Source: Campylobacterota bacterium (GTDB lineage Bacteria; Campylobacterota; Campylobacteria; Campylobacterales; Sulfurovaceae). Taken from it: a stretch of DNA of 39,508 nucleotides. The notes below the pieces were generated by a model. It saw only the letters and a program-made list of their open reading frames with translations, ran no database searches and was not told where the DNA came from. This document shows, in pieces, positions 1 to 10,651 of this stretch. Numbering within the stretch: position 1 is the first letter of the stretch; each line of letters begins with the position of its first letter. A program made the translations under genes and the position numbers. Where the stretch lies: NCBI GenBank assembly GCA_034722955.1, contig JAYEOM010000038.1:2744-42251 (forward strand), read 5' to 3'.

Positions 1-1
1 T

Positions 2-47
2 GGTGATTTGTGATGCGTGAAGCGTAGCGAATGCATCATGAATCACC
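2..47 (+). repeat. Inverted repeat / hairpin (17-bp stem including 3 G.U pairs, 12-nt loop), possibly part of a larger element cut by the window edge
   Basis: GGTGATTTGTGATGCGT (2-18) pairs with ATGCATCATGAATCACC (31-47); loop GAAGCGTAGCGA. Confidence 0.7.
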
Positions 48-86
48 TGACCTCGGCTAAAAATCAAATATTCAACTATGTTTATA

Positions 87-95
87 TGCTATAAT
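87..95 (+). promoter_or_regulatory. Extended -10 sigma70 promoter for the DsbC-like gene
   Basis: TGCTATAAT; RBS AAGGA at 115-119, ATG at 127. Confidence 0.6.
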
Positions 96-126
96 AATCT
101 CTCAAAAACAAAATAAGGAATCAAAG

Positions 127-888
127 ATGACAAAAAGAGTATTGATAGGGTTGGTGATGGCTATGGTGGTGACTGGGGCGGGTGCTGCTGATGCCAAGAT
201 GCTCGATGCCAAAAAACTCAAAGAGATCAAAGCATCTGCAAAAGTGTTGCAAAATCCTACACTAAAGATCAAAGATGGTATGGATGAGGGGAGTGTATAC
301 TTCTTGAGACTAGAGGCAAAATCACGAAGAGGTTCTAGAGATATACAAGCTTTTGTTGATAAGAAGACAGGAGCTGTCTATTTTGGTACAGGCTATCACA
401 AAGATGGCAAGATGATGAGTTTTCCCAAAGATCCGAAGATCATCAAAGATGGTATCTCATTTAGTTATGGCAGAGGAGTGAAAGAGCTATATCTAGTGAC
501 AGACCCTGAGTGTCCATACTGTATCAAATTTGAGAAAGAGGCAGAGGGTAAACTAGATGAATATACTGTGCATGTCATACTCTATCCTCTGCCATTTCAC
601 AAAAAAGCACCGGCGATGGTAGAGTGGATCATGCAGGGCAAGAGTGATGCAGAGAAAAAAGAGAGACTCAGTCAAATCGCACTAAAGAACTCTACAGAGT
701 ACAAAGCACTGATCACCGATGAGAAGGAACCGTTCAAGTATACACCGGCTATACAGGAGAAGATGAACAAATCTATCGAAGCTGTCAAAGAGATAGGTGC
801 GAGAGGAACCCCTGTAACTTTCGATGCATCATTTACTCAAGTACCTTGGTCTAAGATCGTCAATCCACCAGCAGAAGCAGATAAGTAA
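127..888 (+). CDS. Periplasmic DsbC/DsbG-like thiol:disulfide oxidoreductase (thioredoxin fold)
   Basis: Signal peptide, VTDPECPYC CxxC motif, GARGTP cis-Pro loop. Confidence 0.8.
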   Translation: MTKRVLIGLVMAMVVTGAGAADAKMLDAKKLKEIKASAKVLQNPTLKIKDGMDEGSVYFLRLEAKSRRGSRDIQAFVDKKTGAVYFGTGYHKDGKMMSFPKDPKIIKDGISFSYGRGVKELYLVTDPECPYCIKFEKEAEGKLDEYTVHVILYPLPFHKKAPAMVEWIMQGKSDAEKKERLSQIALKNSTEYKALITDEKEPFKYTPAIQEKMNKSIEAVKEIGARGTPVTFDASFTQVPWSKIVNPPAEADK

Positions 889-897
889 GTAGTGTCC

Positions 898-1821
898 CTA
901 CTCCTGCTCAAACAACTCAGTCGAGAGATATCTCTCTGCTGTATCACAGAGTATCGTTACTATAGTTTTGCCTCTATTCTCTTCGCGACAAGCTATCTCA
1001 TAAGCTGCTTGGAGATTGGCTCCTGATGAGATACCGATGAGTAGACCCTCTGCTCTGGCTGTCTCTCTTGCCATAGCGAAAGCCTCTTCATTTGTAACTT
1101 TGATAACCCCATCATAGATCGCAGTGTTGAGATTGTCAGGGATAAAGCCTGCACCGATGCCTTGGATCTTATGCGGAGCGGGGGGGTTGCCACTCAGTAC
1201 TGCAGAGTCTGCCGGCTCTACAGCTATGATACTTAGTGATGGGATCTCCTCTTTGAGTCTCTCTCCTGTACCCGATAGTGTACCTCCGGTACCTACTGCT
1301 GCGACAAAAATATCGAGATGGTTTTGTGTATCATTGAGTATCTCTACAGCAGTAGTTTTTCTGTGAATATCGGGATTGTTTGGATTTTGAAACTGCTGGA
1401 GCAGTATGGAATTCTCTGTAGTATCCCGCAGTTTTACTGCTTCGGCTATAGAGCCATTCATCCCTCTCTCCGCAGGGGTGAGAACGAGCTTGGCACCAAG
1501 ATGGCTGAGGAGTTTGCGACGCTCTATACTCATAGACTCCGGCATAGTCAGTATGAGCTTGAGTCCTTTGGAGGCACAGATGGCAGCTAGTCCTACTCCT
1601 GTGTTGCCACTGGTTGGCTCTATGATGGTGGTATCTGGAGTGATAGTGCCATCTGTTATGGCAGACTCTATCATATTGAGTGCTATGCGATCTTTGACAG
1701 AGCTGGTGGGATTCATAAATTCACATTTACCCAATATCGTAGCACCACTCTGCTCGGATAGGTGGTTGAGTCGAACTAGCGGTGTATTGCCGATCAACTC
1801 TTTGATGGAGTTAGCTATCAC
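898..1821 (-). CDS. cysK: Cysteine synthase A (O-acetylserine sulfhydrylase)
   Basis: IGNTPLVRL, NPTSSVKDR (PLP Lys), EPTSGNTG, GTGGT, HKIQGIGAGFIP, ERYLST. Confidence 0.96.
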   Translation of the reverse strand: MIANSIKELIGNTPLVRLNHLSEQSGATILGKCEFMNPTSSVKDRIALNMIESAITDGTITPDTTIIEPTSGNTGVGLAAICASKGLKLILTMPESMSIERRKLLSHLGAKLVLTPAERGMNGSIAEAVKLRDTTENSILLQQFQNPNNPDIHRKTTAVEILNDTQNHLDIFVAAVGTGGTLSGTGERLKEEIPSLSIIAVEPADSAVLSGNPPAPHKIQGIGAGFIPDNLNTAIYDGVIKVTNEEAFAMARETARAEGLLIGISSGANLQAAYEIACREENRGKTIVTILCDTAERYLSTELFEQE

Positions 1822-2501
1822 TTTTCATCCTCTATTTTACTATTTTCTACCTGCTCATCTCTTGCTAATGGTACAAACTCATAAAGCTCATCATCATAAT
1901 AGTCTATAGCACCGCTCTTCATATCATAGTGCCATCCATGCAGAAAGACTTTGCCCTCATCTACACGCCTCTTGACAGCAGGATAGGTGAGGAGATTTTG
2001 GAGTTGGAAGATGACAGAGACCTTTTCTGTATATCGGAGTAGAGCCTCTTTATTCTCTTTGTGTCTGCTCATCATAGCGACTTTTTTTGGTGCTTCTCCC
2101 AGCTCAAGCCACTTGATAGTATGGATATTTTCATCTGTTTTTGGTATACTCTTGTAGAGTGAAGCGATGGCACCACAATCAGAGTGACCACAAACGATAA
2201 TATCAGTCAGCTCTAGTACAGAGATAGCATATTCGATTGCTGAAGCTGTTGCATGGTAGTTGGCATCTGGCTGATAAGGGGCAACAAAATTTCCTATATT
2301 TCGGATGATAAATAGATCACCAGGTCCACTACCTGTGATCATAGCGGGCATGACGCGTGAGTCACTGCAGCCGATAAAGAGTGCTTTTGGGTTCTGCCCC
2401 TCCTCTGTCAAAGTCTTGAAACGGTTTTCATTCTCTTTGAATTTGACTGCACGAAAGGCTTCATGTCCCTTTTCAAACTCTTCTAGTTTATGATCAGACA
2501 T
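1818..2501 (-). CDS. Beta-class carbonic anhydrase
   Basis: [28 protein letters not shown] zinc ligands. Confidence 0.95.
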   Translation of the reverse strand: MSDHKLEEFEKGHEAFRAVKFKENENRFKTLTEEGQNPKALFIGCSDSRVMPAMITGSGPGDLFIIRNIGNFVAPYQPDANYHATASAIEYAISVLELTDIIVCGHSDCGAIASLYKSIPKTDENIHTIKWLELGEAPKKVAMMSRHKENKEALLRYTEKVSVIFQLQNLLTYPAVKRRVDEGKVFLHGWHYDMKSGAIDYYDDELYEFVPLARDEQVENSKIEDEK

Positions 2502-3522
2502 TTAGACTCCTCAAAAAGCCATCCCTGATAGTATATGTGAGTGTATCGCCCGAAGACATAGGTACAACACCGTCATAGTTCGCCGGAACGACAAAGTCTC
2601 TCTTGATGAGCTTGACCTCTTTCTCTATAGGTGTGATACCATAAATCTTTTGGGCATTGTCAGAGATAAACTTCTGGAGATTTTCCAGTGGAGCATCATG
2701 CTCTTCAAAGAGTTGAGCTAGTCTCTGTAGGGCTATAGGTGCGGTAAATACACCTGCTGCACACCCCGGACACTCTTTTGACTCTCTAGGGTGAGGAGCT
2801 GAATCGCTACCAAACATCACTTTGGGGTGAGCTGAGAGTGCTACTCTGAGGAGGGCTTCTCTATCTTCCGGTCGCTTGGCTATAGGCTTGCAGAATAGAT
2901 GAGGCTGTAGCATCCCGCCGGCTACATCATCGAGTGTGATGAGCAGGTGATGCAGGGTAATCGTCGCGTATAGATTGTCAAACTTATCGAGAGCATCGAC
3001 ACTAGCCTTGGTCGTGATATGCTCCATGATGATAGTGAGATTTGGGAAGTTAGTAGCAAGCTTCTCATATATAGGCACAAACTCCGCCTCTCTATCCATG
3101 ACAAATCCTCCAGTCTCTCCATGAATACATAGAGGGATATTTAGATCGCTCATAGCATCAAGAGTTTCACGAAGATCTTCTATATCGAAACCGCTCACAC
3201 CGCCCTCTGAGTTGGTAGTGATACCGGCAGGATAGAGTTTGATAGCGGTGATCTCACTCTTGACGCTCTCCAGAAATTCACGACTGTAGGTCGGTTTGAA
3301 AAAGAGAGTCATATAGGGGGTAAATGATCTATTTTTGATACTATTTATGATCCGTGCTTTATAGGCTAGTACATCACTGAGTGTTGTTATCGGAGGGATG
3401 AGATTGGGCATGATGATAGCCCCTGCGAAGCTGGAGGCACTGAGAGGAGCAACTTTGTTTAGCATCTCTCCATCGCGGAGATGTAGATGCATATCGAGTG
3501 GTGAGTATAGGCTAATGGGCAT
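2494..3522 (-). CDS. pyrC: Dihydroorotase (homodimeric type)
   Basis: [43 protein letters not shown]. Confidence 0.96.
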   Translation of the reverse strand: MPISLYSPLDMHLHLRDGEMLNKVAPLSASSFAGAIIMPNLIPPITTLSDVLAYKARIINSIKNRSFTPYMTLFFKPTYSREFLESVKSEITAIKLYPAGITTNSEGGVSGFDIEDLRETLDAMSDLNIPLCIHGETGGFVMDREAEFVPIYEKLATNFPNLTIIMEHITTKASVDALDKFDNLYATITLHHLLITLDDVAGGMLQPHLFCKPIAKRPEDREALLRVALSAHPKVMFGSDSAPHPRESKECPGCAAGVFTAPIALQRLAQLFEEHDAPLENLQKFISDNAQKIYGITPIEKEVKLIKRDFVVPANYDGVVPMSSGDTLTYTIRDGFLRSLNV

Positions 3523-3886
3523 TGTGATCCTTTATGACATAATATCTATCTGCTTTTTTTGAATCGATTTTGGGTACGATCCAATATTTGACCTTCATTT
3601 TGCCACAAAGAAAGTTAAGGTAGGGTGTCATCATGAGAAGAGAGGGTATTTTGTAGCTAATAACGGGATAATCTATCCCTCCAGGAAAGAGTTGGTTACA
3701 GCTGAGGATGCGTAGTGTTGTGCTGAGCATAGCTCTATGTGGGGAGGTTGTCTCAAAAGACCATTTGGCATACTCTGAACATGTAGGATAGTAGCGACAG
3801 CTTCCAGGAAGCACCTGAGAGATATACTGATATCCTGTGATGGGAGCTATCCAAAATCTGTTACGATGCTTATTATAAGTTGGCAT
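3512..3886 (-). CDS. yidD: Membrane protein insertion efficiency factor YidD
   Basis: [21 protein letters not shown] and [16 protein letters not shown] motifs; ATG 3886 chosen (alternative 3904), overlapping the lnt 3' end. Confidence 0.88.
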   Translation of the reverse strand: MPTYNKHRNRFWIAPITGYQYISQVLPGSCRYYPTCSEYAKWSFETTSPHRAMLSTTLRILSCNQLFPGGIDYPVISYKIPSLLMMTPYLNFLCGKMKVKYWIVPKIDSKKADRYYVIKDHNAH

Positions 3887-5165
3887 GCCATATGACCTTT
3901 CCATCTTTTATCACATAGCTAGGTGACATATTGATACTATGATAGATCATTGTACCATATTTACGGCTATAGTATTGTAAAAGCAGGCGTTGTTGTGTCG
4001 GTTCGATAGATGGGGTAAACCATCCATTATTGCTCAGTACTATCATCTGTTTTGGGTCATCTTGGTAGAGTTGTTCACTACAGGCTTCGTAGCAGATAGC
4101 ATTGCGATAGATGGTACCATTTACGCTATAGTCACTGATTTTGGCACTTGCTTTGTAGTCAACTGCACCATCATAAAAGATCTGATTGACTTGGTTGCTG
4201 AGCCATTTTGGCAGGGGGTTGCTCTCCCCAAATGGAACTAGGACAACTTTGTCAGCGATCTTGAGTTCTCCAGCTTTAAATATATATGTTGAGTTCCTAA
4301 GAACACCATCATCCCACTTCAACGCCCCCATGACGATCGTGATATTATGGGATTTGTCTCTTAGCAACGATAAGAGACTCTGCTCTCTATTGAGAAAGAT
4401 TGGGAGGACTGACTCAGGAAAGATGATAAGCTCCCTTTGGCGGCGGATAGCATCATCGATCTCTTGCATGACTAGAGCGACCTGTTTGGGAAGCATCTTT
4501 GGATCCCACTTTTGGGCTATAGGGATGTAGGTGGTGACTATCTCTATCTCTGATATAGAGTCTGGTGTTGGGTGGATATCGCTACTCCCAATAGTCGGCT
4601 GATAAGCCAAAAGTACCAAAATAAGATAGCGGAGTTTTTCTCTTTTGATCGCCATGACAAGGGCAAAAAGGATAAGAGCAAAGTGCCATTTTTCTATCCC
4701 TAGATAACTCTCTGTCAGCATCAGTTCAGGCTTGAACCAGTCAAATCCAAAAGGGTGGATCCCACTCACAGTGAGTAAAAAAAGTGCTTTGAACCATAGA
4801 GAAGAGAGATGAAAGTGCTTTTCAATAACCTCAGAGAGTAGTGCAGCAGTCCAAAAAAGTATAGCATAGACCAGAGCCATCAGAAAGATACCGATAGGTA
4901 TAGCCCAAGGAAACCCGTAGAGTCTAAAACTCATCATTATCCACCAAAACCAAAAAATAGAGATAAAAAACCCACTAACCAGCCAAACTTTTCTATCTCC
5001 TCGAAGTAATAGATATAGGGCAAGTATGGCAAAAATAGTATTGGGTAGGGGGTGAGACCATCCAAACCATGCCAGATAGAGAAATAGTGAAGCAAAAAGT
5101 GCTACAAAAAAGCCTCTTGTTAGCTGTAAAGTGGTAAGATATCCGCTGATTTTAATATTACCCAC
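3873..5165 (-). CDS. lnt: Apolipoprotein N-acyltransferase
   Basis: Multiple N-terminal TM helices; nitrilase triad motifs IFPES, KVVLVPFGE, ICYE; start uncertain. Confidence 0.93.
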   Translation of the reverse strand: MGNIKISGYLTTLQLTRGFFVALFASLFLYLAWFGWSHPLPNTIFAILALYLLLRGDRKVWLVSGFFISIFWFWWIMMSFRLYGFPWAIPIGIFLMALVYAILFWTAALLSEVIEKHFHLSSLWFKALFLLTVSGIHPFGFDWFKPELMLTESYLGIEKWHFALILFALVMAIKREKLRYLILVLLAYQPTIGSSDIHPTPDSISEIEIVTTYIPIAQKWDPKMLPKQVALVMQEIDDAIRRQRELIIFPESVLPIFLNREQSLLSLLRDKSHNITIVMGALKWDDGVLRNSTYIFKAGELKIADKVVLVPFGESNPLPKWLSNQVNQIFYDGAVDYKASAKISDYSVNGTIYRNAICYEACSEQLYQDDPKQMIVLSNNGWFTPSIEPTQQRLLLQYYSRKYGTMIYHSINMSPSYVIKDGKVIWHANL

Positions 5166-5176
5166 AAAGGATTCCT

Positions 5177-5455
5177 ATGGAAGCAGGAGTAGCTCAATTT
5201 CTACCACTGGTTATTTTATTTGCGATTTTCTATTTTTTGATTATCAGACCACAACAGAAGCAACAAAAAGAGCATCGCGAAATGTTAAATGCACTAGCCA
5301 AAGGTGACAAGATTGTCACAACTGGAGGTTTGATGGCTGAAATCGTCAAAACTGAAGATGATTTTATCAAAATTAAACTAAATGATTCCGTTATTGTCAA
5401 GCTTGATAGAGCGTTTGTCTCCAAAAAGGTTGAAATCGGAAATGAAAACGCTTAA
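5177..5455 (+). CDS. yajC: Preprotein translocase subunit YajC
   Basis: [16 protein letters not shown]...[13 protein letters not shown]; upstream of secD. Confidence 0.96.
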   Translation: MEAGVAQFLPLVILFAIFYFLIIRPQQKQQKEHREMLNALAKGDKIVTTGGLMAEIVKTEDDFIKIKLNDSVIVKLDRAFVSKKVEIGNENA

Positions 5456-7007
5456 TTACCGAGTTATTATTTTTGCTTTTGCACTGATCTTTGGAGTGGT
5501 CTTCTCTATACCCTCTCTTACGCAGAGCCAAAGCGGTAAAAAGATCACCCTAGGACTCGATCTTCAGGGTGGTTTGCATATGCTGCTAGGTGTCAAGACC
5601 GAAGAGGCAGTCAAATCTCGCATCAAATCAATAGCAGCATCCCTTAAATATATCCTTGATGACAATGAAGTGATCTATGATGAGCTCAAAATGGATGGTG
5701 AGAGTATCACATTTGAACTTCTAGATGATGAAGATGTTGCCAAGGTGACGAAGCTCGTAGCAGCAGAGTTGAAGGGGACGGTTCTTAGTCACAAAGGTTT
5801 GGAGTTTGCACTCAACATAACACCCGAAGAGATTATACTGACAGAGAAAAACGCTATAGCACAAGCTGTTGATACGATCAGAAATCGTCTCGATCAGTTT
5901 GGTTTGGCGGAGCCTACAGTAGCCAAGCAGGGCGAGGATAAGATCTTGGTGGAAGTACCAGGTATCAAGACTCCCGAGCAGGAGCAGAGGATTCGTGAGT
6001 TGATAGCACGGGCAGCACATCTACAGATGATGGCTGTCGATGAAGATCGTGCCGCTAGAGTAGAGACTATGAGTGCCAATGAAGCAAAAAAATATGGTGA
6101 TGTTATATTGACAGATGTCAAGACACCGGAGAAGTATCTCTTGCGTGAGATACCTATACTTGATGGCTCTATGCTCACCGATGCAAAAGTAGGATTTGAC
6201 CAAAGCAATCAGCCGGTGATCAACTTCGTTCTCAATGGACAGGGTGGGCGTATATTTGGTGACTTCTCAGGAAAAAGCGTAGGTAAAAGAATGGCTGTTG
6301 TGCTGGACAACAAAGTCTACTCTGCACCGGTGATACGCGAGAGGATCGGTGGAGGACGCGGACAGATATCAGGGAACTTTACTATAGAAGAGGCTCATGA
6401 TGTTGCTATCGCATTGCGTAGTGGAGCTCTGCTAGCTCCTGTATATGTCATGGAAAAACGAAGTGTAGGACCTAGTCTGGGTGCTGATAGCATCAGGTCA
6501 AGCTCTATAGCTCTAGCCTTGGGCTTTATACTTGTTGTCATCTTTATGGTACTCTATTATGGTGTTGCTGGTGTGATAGCAGATGTCGCATTGATAGGAA
6601 ACCTATTTTTGATACTTGCGATCATGTCACTCTTTGGTGCGACACTGACTCTACCGGGTATGGCAGGTATCGTACTGACGGTAGGTATGGCAGTAGATGC
6701 CAATGTCATCATATCTGAACGGATTAGGGAGTTACTGCATCAGGGTAAATCTATCACCAAATCTATAGAGAAAGGGTATGCCAACGCATTTACTGCAATC
6801 TGGGATGCCAATGTTACGACACTGATCGCTGCAGTTGTACTCTATGTATATGGTACAGGTCCTATCAAAGGTTTTGCTCTGACTATAAGTATCGGTATCT
6901 TGGCTTCGATGCTGACTGCTATACTCGGAACACATGGAATTTACCAATGGCTTCTTCCCAAGATTGACTCTAAACGGCTCAATTTCTGGTTTGGTGTCAA
7001 GGCATAG
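5442..7007 (+). CDS. secD: Protein translocase subunit SecD
   Basis: [51 protein letters not shown] 5442 overlaps the yajC end. Confidence 0.97.
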   Translation: MKTLNYRVIIFAFALIFGVVFSIPSLTQSQSGKKITLGLDLQGGLHMLLGVKTEEAVKSRIKSIAASLKYILDDNEVIYDELKMDGESITFELLDDEDVAKVTKLVAAELKGTVLSHKGLEFALNITPEEIILTEKNAIAQAVDTIRNRLDQFGLAEPTVAKQGEDKILVEVPGIKTPEQEQRIRELIARAAHLQMMAVDEDRAARVETMSANEAKKYGDVILTDVKTPEKYLLREIPILDGSMLTDAKVGFDQSNQPVINFVLNGQGGRIFGDFSGKSVGKRMAVVLDNKVYSAPVIRERIGGGRGQISGNFTIEEAHDVAIALRSGALLAPVYVMEKRSVGPSLGADSIRSSSIALALGFILVVIFMVLYYGVAGVIADVALIGNLFLILAIMSLFGATLTLPGMAGIVLTVGMAVDANVIISERIRELLHQGKSITKSIEKGYANAFTAIWDANVTTLIAAVVLYVYGTGPIKGFALTISIGILASMLTAILGTHGIYQWLLPKIDSKRLNFWFGVKA

Positions 7008-7015
7008 GAGAAGAT

Positions 7016-7987
7016 ATGGAACTATTTAAATATAAAAAACCTATTGCGTTTATGCAGTATAGCAGGCGATTTGGCTTGCTTTCGATTGTAGTTGTTCTAC
7101 TCTCTCTGGGATTACTTTTTACTAAAGGATTCAATTACGGGATAGATTTCGCCGGTGGTACCCTGATCCAGATCAAATATGAGGGTAATGCTCCTATCAA
7201 TAAAGTGAGAGAGAGACTCAATACAGAAGAGAAGTATAGAGGTGCAAGTGTCACCTATTTTGGCAGTGATGATGAGATCGTCATCCGTACCAAGAGTACA
7301 TCCAATGCAGTGGGTGAAGATATAGGTGATGAGATTCGAAACCTCTTGAAGAGTACAGGTGCTTTTACTGTGCGTCGAGTAGATATGGTAGGGCCGAAGA
7401 TCGGTGATGAGCTCAAAGAGAAGGGTTTGATGGCGATGCTCTTGGCGATTATCGGTATCTTGATCTATATCTCGTTTAGATTTGAGTGGAGATTTGCACT
7501 TGCTTCAGTGATGGCATTGATCCATGATGTTACGATCGCTATGGGTGCAATTATCCTATTTGGAATAGAGGTAAACTTAGATATTTTAGCAGCACTCCTC
7601 ACGATCCTGGGATACTCTCTGAATGATACGATTATCGTTTTTGACCGTATTCGTGAAGGTATCCGTACGATCAAAAATCCGGATCTTGACAATATCATCA
7701 ATGAGTCAGTTACAAGAACTCTCTCTCGCACAACTCTGACATCTCTGACAACCTTTATGGTTGTTTTGACTCTCTATATATTTGGCGGAGAGATCATCAA
7801 GGGCTTTAGCTTTACACTATTGGTTGGTATCATTGTCGGTACCTACTCTTCGATATTTGTAGCATCTCCTGTCCTCTTGTGGTTGGGCTTTGATGTCCAG
7901 GGCTTCAGAGCAAAAGAGGCGGCAAAACTCAAAAGAGAGAAAGAGAAAGAGAAGATGCGTTCGATGTATGAGCAGGGAACAGTTTAA
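7016..7987 (+). CDS. secF: Protein translocase subunit SecF
   Basis: GIDFAGG, VGPKIG, GYSLNDTIIVFDRIRE, GTYSSIFVA. Confidence 0.97.
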   Translation: MELFKYKKPIAFMQYSRRFGLLSIVVVLLSLGLLFTKGFNYGIDFAGGTLIQIKYEGNAPINKVRERLNTEEKYRGASVTYFGSDDEIVIRTKSTSNAVGEDIGDEIRNLLKSTGAFTVRRVDMVGPKIGDELKEKGLMAMLLAIIGILIYISFRFEWRFALASVMALIHDVTIAMGAIILFGIEVNLDILAALLTILGYSLNDTIIVFDRIREGIRTIKNPDLDNIINESVTRTLSRTTLTSLTTFMVVLTLYIFGGEIIKGFSFTLLVGIIVGTYSSIFVASPVLLWLGFDVQGFRAKEAAKLKREKEKEKMRSMYEQGTV

Positions 7988-8014
7988 CAAATTAACGATC
8001 GATAGGAGCTAGAG

Positions 8015-8353
8015 ATGAAGTGGGGAAAAGTTTTTTATATCTTTTTTACTTTGATGAGTTTGACAACTAGTGCAGCTTTTTTATATGAAAACTCACTTTT
8101 GGCACTCTTCATTGCAGGGAGTATCAATATCGTCTCAACCATAATGAAGATAGGGGTACGAAATATACTCTCTGCAGAGCTGCTCGCTGGTTCACTAGTA
8201 GCAGATCTACACTTGATACCGGCATTTTTTGCTATGAAATTTTATGATGCAAATGTGCTTGCTGTTGGATTAGTGATAGGGGCAGTGATAGCAAATGTCT
8301 ATACACTGATCATATCAATGATCGAAAGCTCAAGAGAGAAAGAGGATTTTTAA
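8015..8353 (+). CDS. Conserved small membrane protein found after secF in Campylobacterota (DUF6394-like)
   Basis: 112 aa with about 4 hydrophobic segments, KIGVRN...AELLAGSLVADLHLIPAF motif; RBS AGGAG. Confidence 0.7.
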   Translation: MKWGKVFYIFFTLMSLTTSAAFLYENSLLALFIAGSINIVSTIMKIGVRNILSAELLAGSLVADLHLIPAFFAMKFYDANVLAVGLVIGAVIANVYTLIISMIESSREKEDF

Positions 8354-8402
8354 GCTTTATCATGAAGAGAATGTCTAATATTTGTATAGAGAGGTATTTA
8401 TA

Positions 8403-10145
8403 ATGAGCAGTATCATCCGAAGAGGTGCCTCTATCCTGCTGTCACTAATGATCTTCTCTACTCTTCTAGCAGCAGAGATACTCCCTAATCAAATAAAAAA
8501 TATTATCAACAAACACAAATGTAACAAAAACAATTTGGCAATCTATATCAAAGAGACTGGTAAAAATAGAGTTGTTGCCTCTCTCAATATAGACAAAGAG
8601 ATGCTTCCTGCTTCTGTGGTCAAGGTCTATAGTGCTTATGCTGTATTGTTAGAGTTGGGGTATAACTATCGTTGGCCAACCAAATTTTACTATACAGGAA
8701 AATTTCGTAATGGTGTCATCACTGGAGATCTAGTAGTCAAGGGGTTTGGTGATCCTACACTGAGGAGTAGTGATCTTCCTCGTATCGTCTCCTCTCTCAA
8801 AGCAAAGGGAGTCAAAAAGATCAAAGGCGATATCCTGATCGATCGTAGTTACTTTACTGTTCCCAAACAAGACAGTTCGCATTTTGACAAAAATATCTAT
8901 AGTGCTTACAATGCCATGCCCGACGCTATGATGTTCAATCAGCATCTTAGTAAATTTACAGTTGCTTATAAAAATGGCACTCATCAGATACAAAAAAATA
9001 TCCCCGGAGATAGCTACAGAGTCTCCAATAAGATAAAAACAGTCTCCGGCAGCTGCAAAGGCAGCCGCTCTTGGCCAAGCATCCGCGTAGACCACAAGAG
9101 AGAGACACCGATTCTCGTAGCATCAGGCACACTCTCCAAACACTGCAAAAAACGCACCCATACATATATCGTCACTAAACCATACAAAGAGTTCTACGAA
9201 GCACTCAAGTATAAGCTCAAACAGTCAGGTATCAGCTATCAGGGCCGTATGAAGATTGGCAAAGTGCCATCTAACGCAAAAGGGCTATATACAGACTACT
9301 CCTCTACTTTGGAGGAGATCATCTCTGTCACCTCCAAGAAGAGCAACAATCTATTCGCCAGGCATCTACTGCTAACTCTAGGTGCCAAGATTTATGGTCC
9401 CCCTGCCAATCTGGACAAAGGGCGTAGAGCGGTTACTCAGATACTCAACCGATATCACTTGCTAGATACACCCAAATGCTTTATTGACAATGGCTGTGGA
9501 CTATCGCGTATCTCTAAGATCACATCTAGAAGTATGGCAAGAGTGCTAGATCATGCTTACAAGAGTTATGGTAAACGATGGATGAAGACACTCTCCATAG
9601 CAGGAACTGATGGGACGATCAAGCGACGATTTAACAATACCAGTGTCAAAAACCGAGCTTGGATGAAGACAGGTACACTTAACAATGCAAAAAACATAGT
9701 CGGCTATGTCAAAAGCAGATCTGGTAAACTCTACACTGTAGTGATCTTGACAAATGGAAAACGGGCAAGATGGCATGGAGCAGCTCTGGAGAATGACATC
9801 ATCAAATGGTTGGTGAACTATAGGGGATCAGGCACAAAGATAGGCAGTGATCCTCTGCGTGAAAGACTCAAGATCAAAGAGAAGAGACTCTGGGGCGGAA
9901 GTGTATCATCTAGTCCATCATCCAAGTCTGCAAATAGTTATTATATTCAGGTAGGATCATTTCGTTCTACTCCGGATAAAAAGTTTTTGACAAGCTTGAG
10001 AAATAGAGGTTTCGCCTATCGTATTGTCAAAAAGGGCAAAAGCTCCAAAATTTTGGTAGGTCCCTATAGCAGTCGTATAGAAGCTGGCTTAGCACTATCT
10101 GCCGTAAAAAAATATACACCGGGTGCCTATATCACTCAGCTATAA
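8403..10145 (+). CDS. dacB: D-Ala-D-Ala carboxypeptidase/endopeptidase (PBP4, peptidase S13) with C-terminal SPOR domain
   Basis: PASVVK (SxxK), KSNN (SxN), KTGTL, GFGDPTL; C-terminal YYIQVGSF...ILVGPYSSR SPOR pattern after a Ser-rich linker; signal peptide. Confidence 0.9.
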   Translation: MSSIIRRGASILLSLMIFSTLLAAEILPNQIKNIINKHKCNKNNLAIYIKETGKNRVVASLNIDKEMLPASVVKVYSAYAVLLELGYNYRWPTKFYYTGKFRNGVITGDLVVKGFGDPTLRSSDLPRIVSSLKAKGVKKIKGDILIDRSYFTVPKQDSSHFDKNIYSAYNAMPDAMMFNQHLSKFTVAYKNGTHQIQKNIPGDSYRVSNKIKTVSGSCKGSRSWPSIRVDHKRETPILVASGTLSKHCKKRTHTYIVTKPYKEFYEALKYKLKQSGISYQGRMKIGKVPSNAKGLYTDYSSTLEEIISVTSKKSNNLFARHLLLTLGAKIYGPPANLDKGRRAVTQILNRYHLLDTPKCFIDNGCGLSRISKITSRSMARVLDHAYKSYGKRWMKTLSIAGTDGTIKRRFNNTSVKNRAWMKTGTLNNAKNIVGYVKSRSGKLYTVVILTNGKRARWHGAALENDIIKWLVNYRGSGTKIGSDPLRERLKIKEKRLWGGSVSSSPSSKSANSYYIQVGSFRSTPDKKFLTSLRNRGFAYRIVKKGKSSKILVGPYSSRIEAGLALSAVKKYTPGAYITQL

Positions 10146-10157
10146 ATCTTCTTTTAG

Positions 10158-10163
10158 TATAAT
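10158..10163 (+). promoter_or_regulatory. -10 element upstream of the PTS EIIA gene
   Basis: TATAAT followed by AAGGA and ATG at 10181. Confidence 0.5.
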
Positions 10164-10180
10164 TCTACAAAGGATAGTAG

Positions 10181-10651
10181 ATGTTTGGATTGTTTAAGAG
10201 AAAAAGTATAGATATTGTAGCACCTGTGGCAGGTGAAATTGTCATGCTATCATCAGTCAATGATGAAGTATTTTCGCAAAAAATGGTAGGTGATGGTATA
10301 GCCATAGTACCTACTGACGGACTCTTTTGTTCGCCTATTGATGGAGAGGTGAGCAGGCTGTTCCCGACAAAACATGCCTATGTAGTCAAACACAATAGTG
10401 GTGTTGAAGTGATGGTGCATATAGGGTTAAATACTGTTTCGTTGGATGGTGATGGTTTTACTGCTGTTGTCAGTGAAGGAGATAGTGTCAAAGCCGGTGA
10501 TTTGATCGTCAAAACAGATCTTGAGAAGATTATAACATCAGGTAGAGAGACCATAACACCAGTCATCATCAGTGAGATGGCTAACTATAAAATAGTTGAA
10601 AAAAAGAGCGGTGTTGTCACCAAAGATGACCCTGTATTGGAGGTAAAATAG
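10181..10651 (+). CDS. PTS EIIA component, glucose/Crr family (stand-alone)
   Basis: DEVFSQKMVGDGIAI, SPIDG, PTKHAY and VMVHIGLNTV (both conserved His), GDSVKAGD. Confidence 0.92.
   Translation: MFGLFKRKSIDIVAPVAGEIVMLSSVNDEVFSQKMVGDGIAIVPTDGLFCSPIDGEVSRLFPTKHAYVVKHNSGVEVMVHIGLNTVSLDGDGFTAVVSEGDSVKAGDLIVKTDLEKIITSGRETITPVIISEMANYKIVEKKSGVVTKDDPVLEVK

Noticed and set aside
5120..5177. 11-bp gap between divergent lnt and yajC
   Set aside because: Known arrangement in Campylobacterota, and the lnt start may lie further downstream
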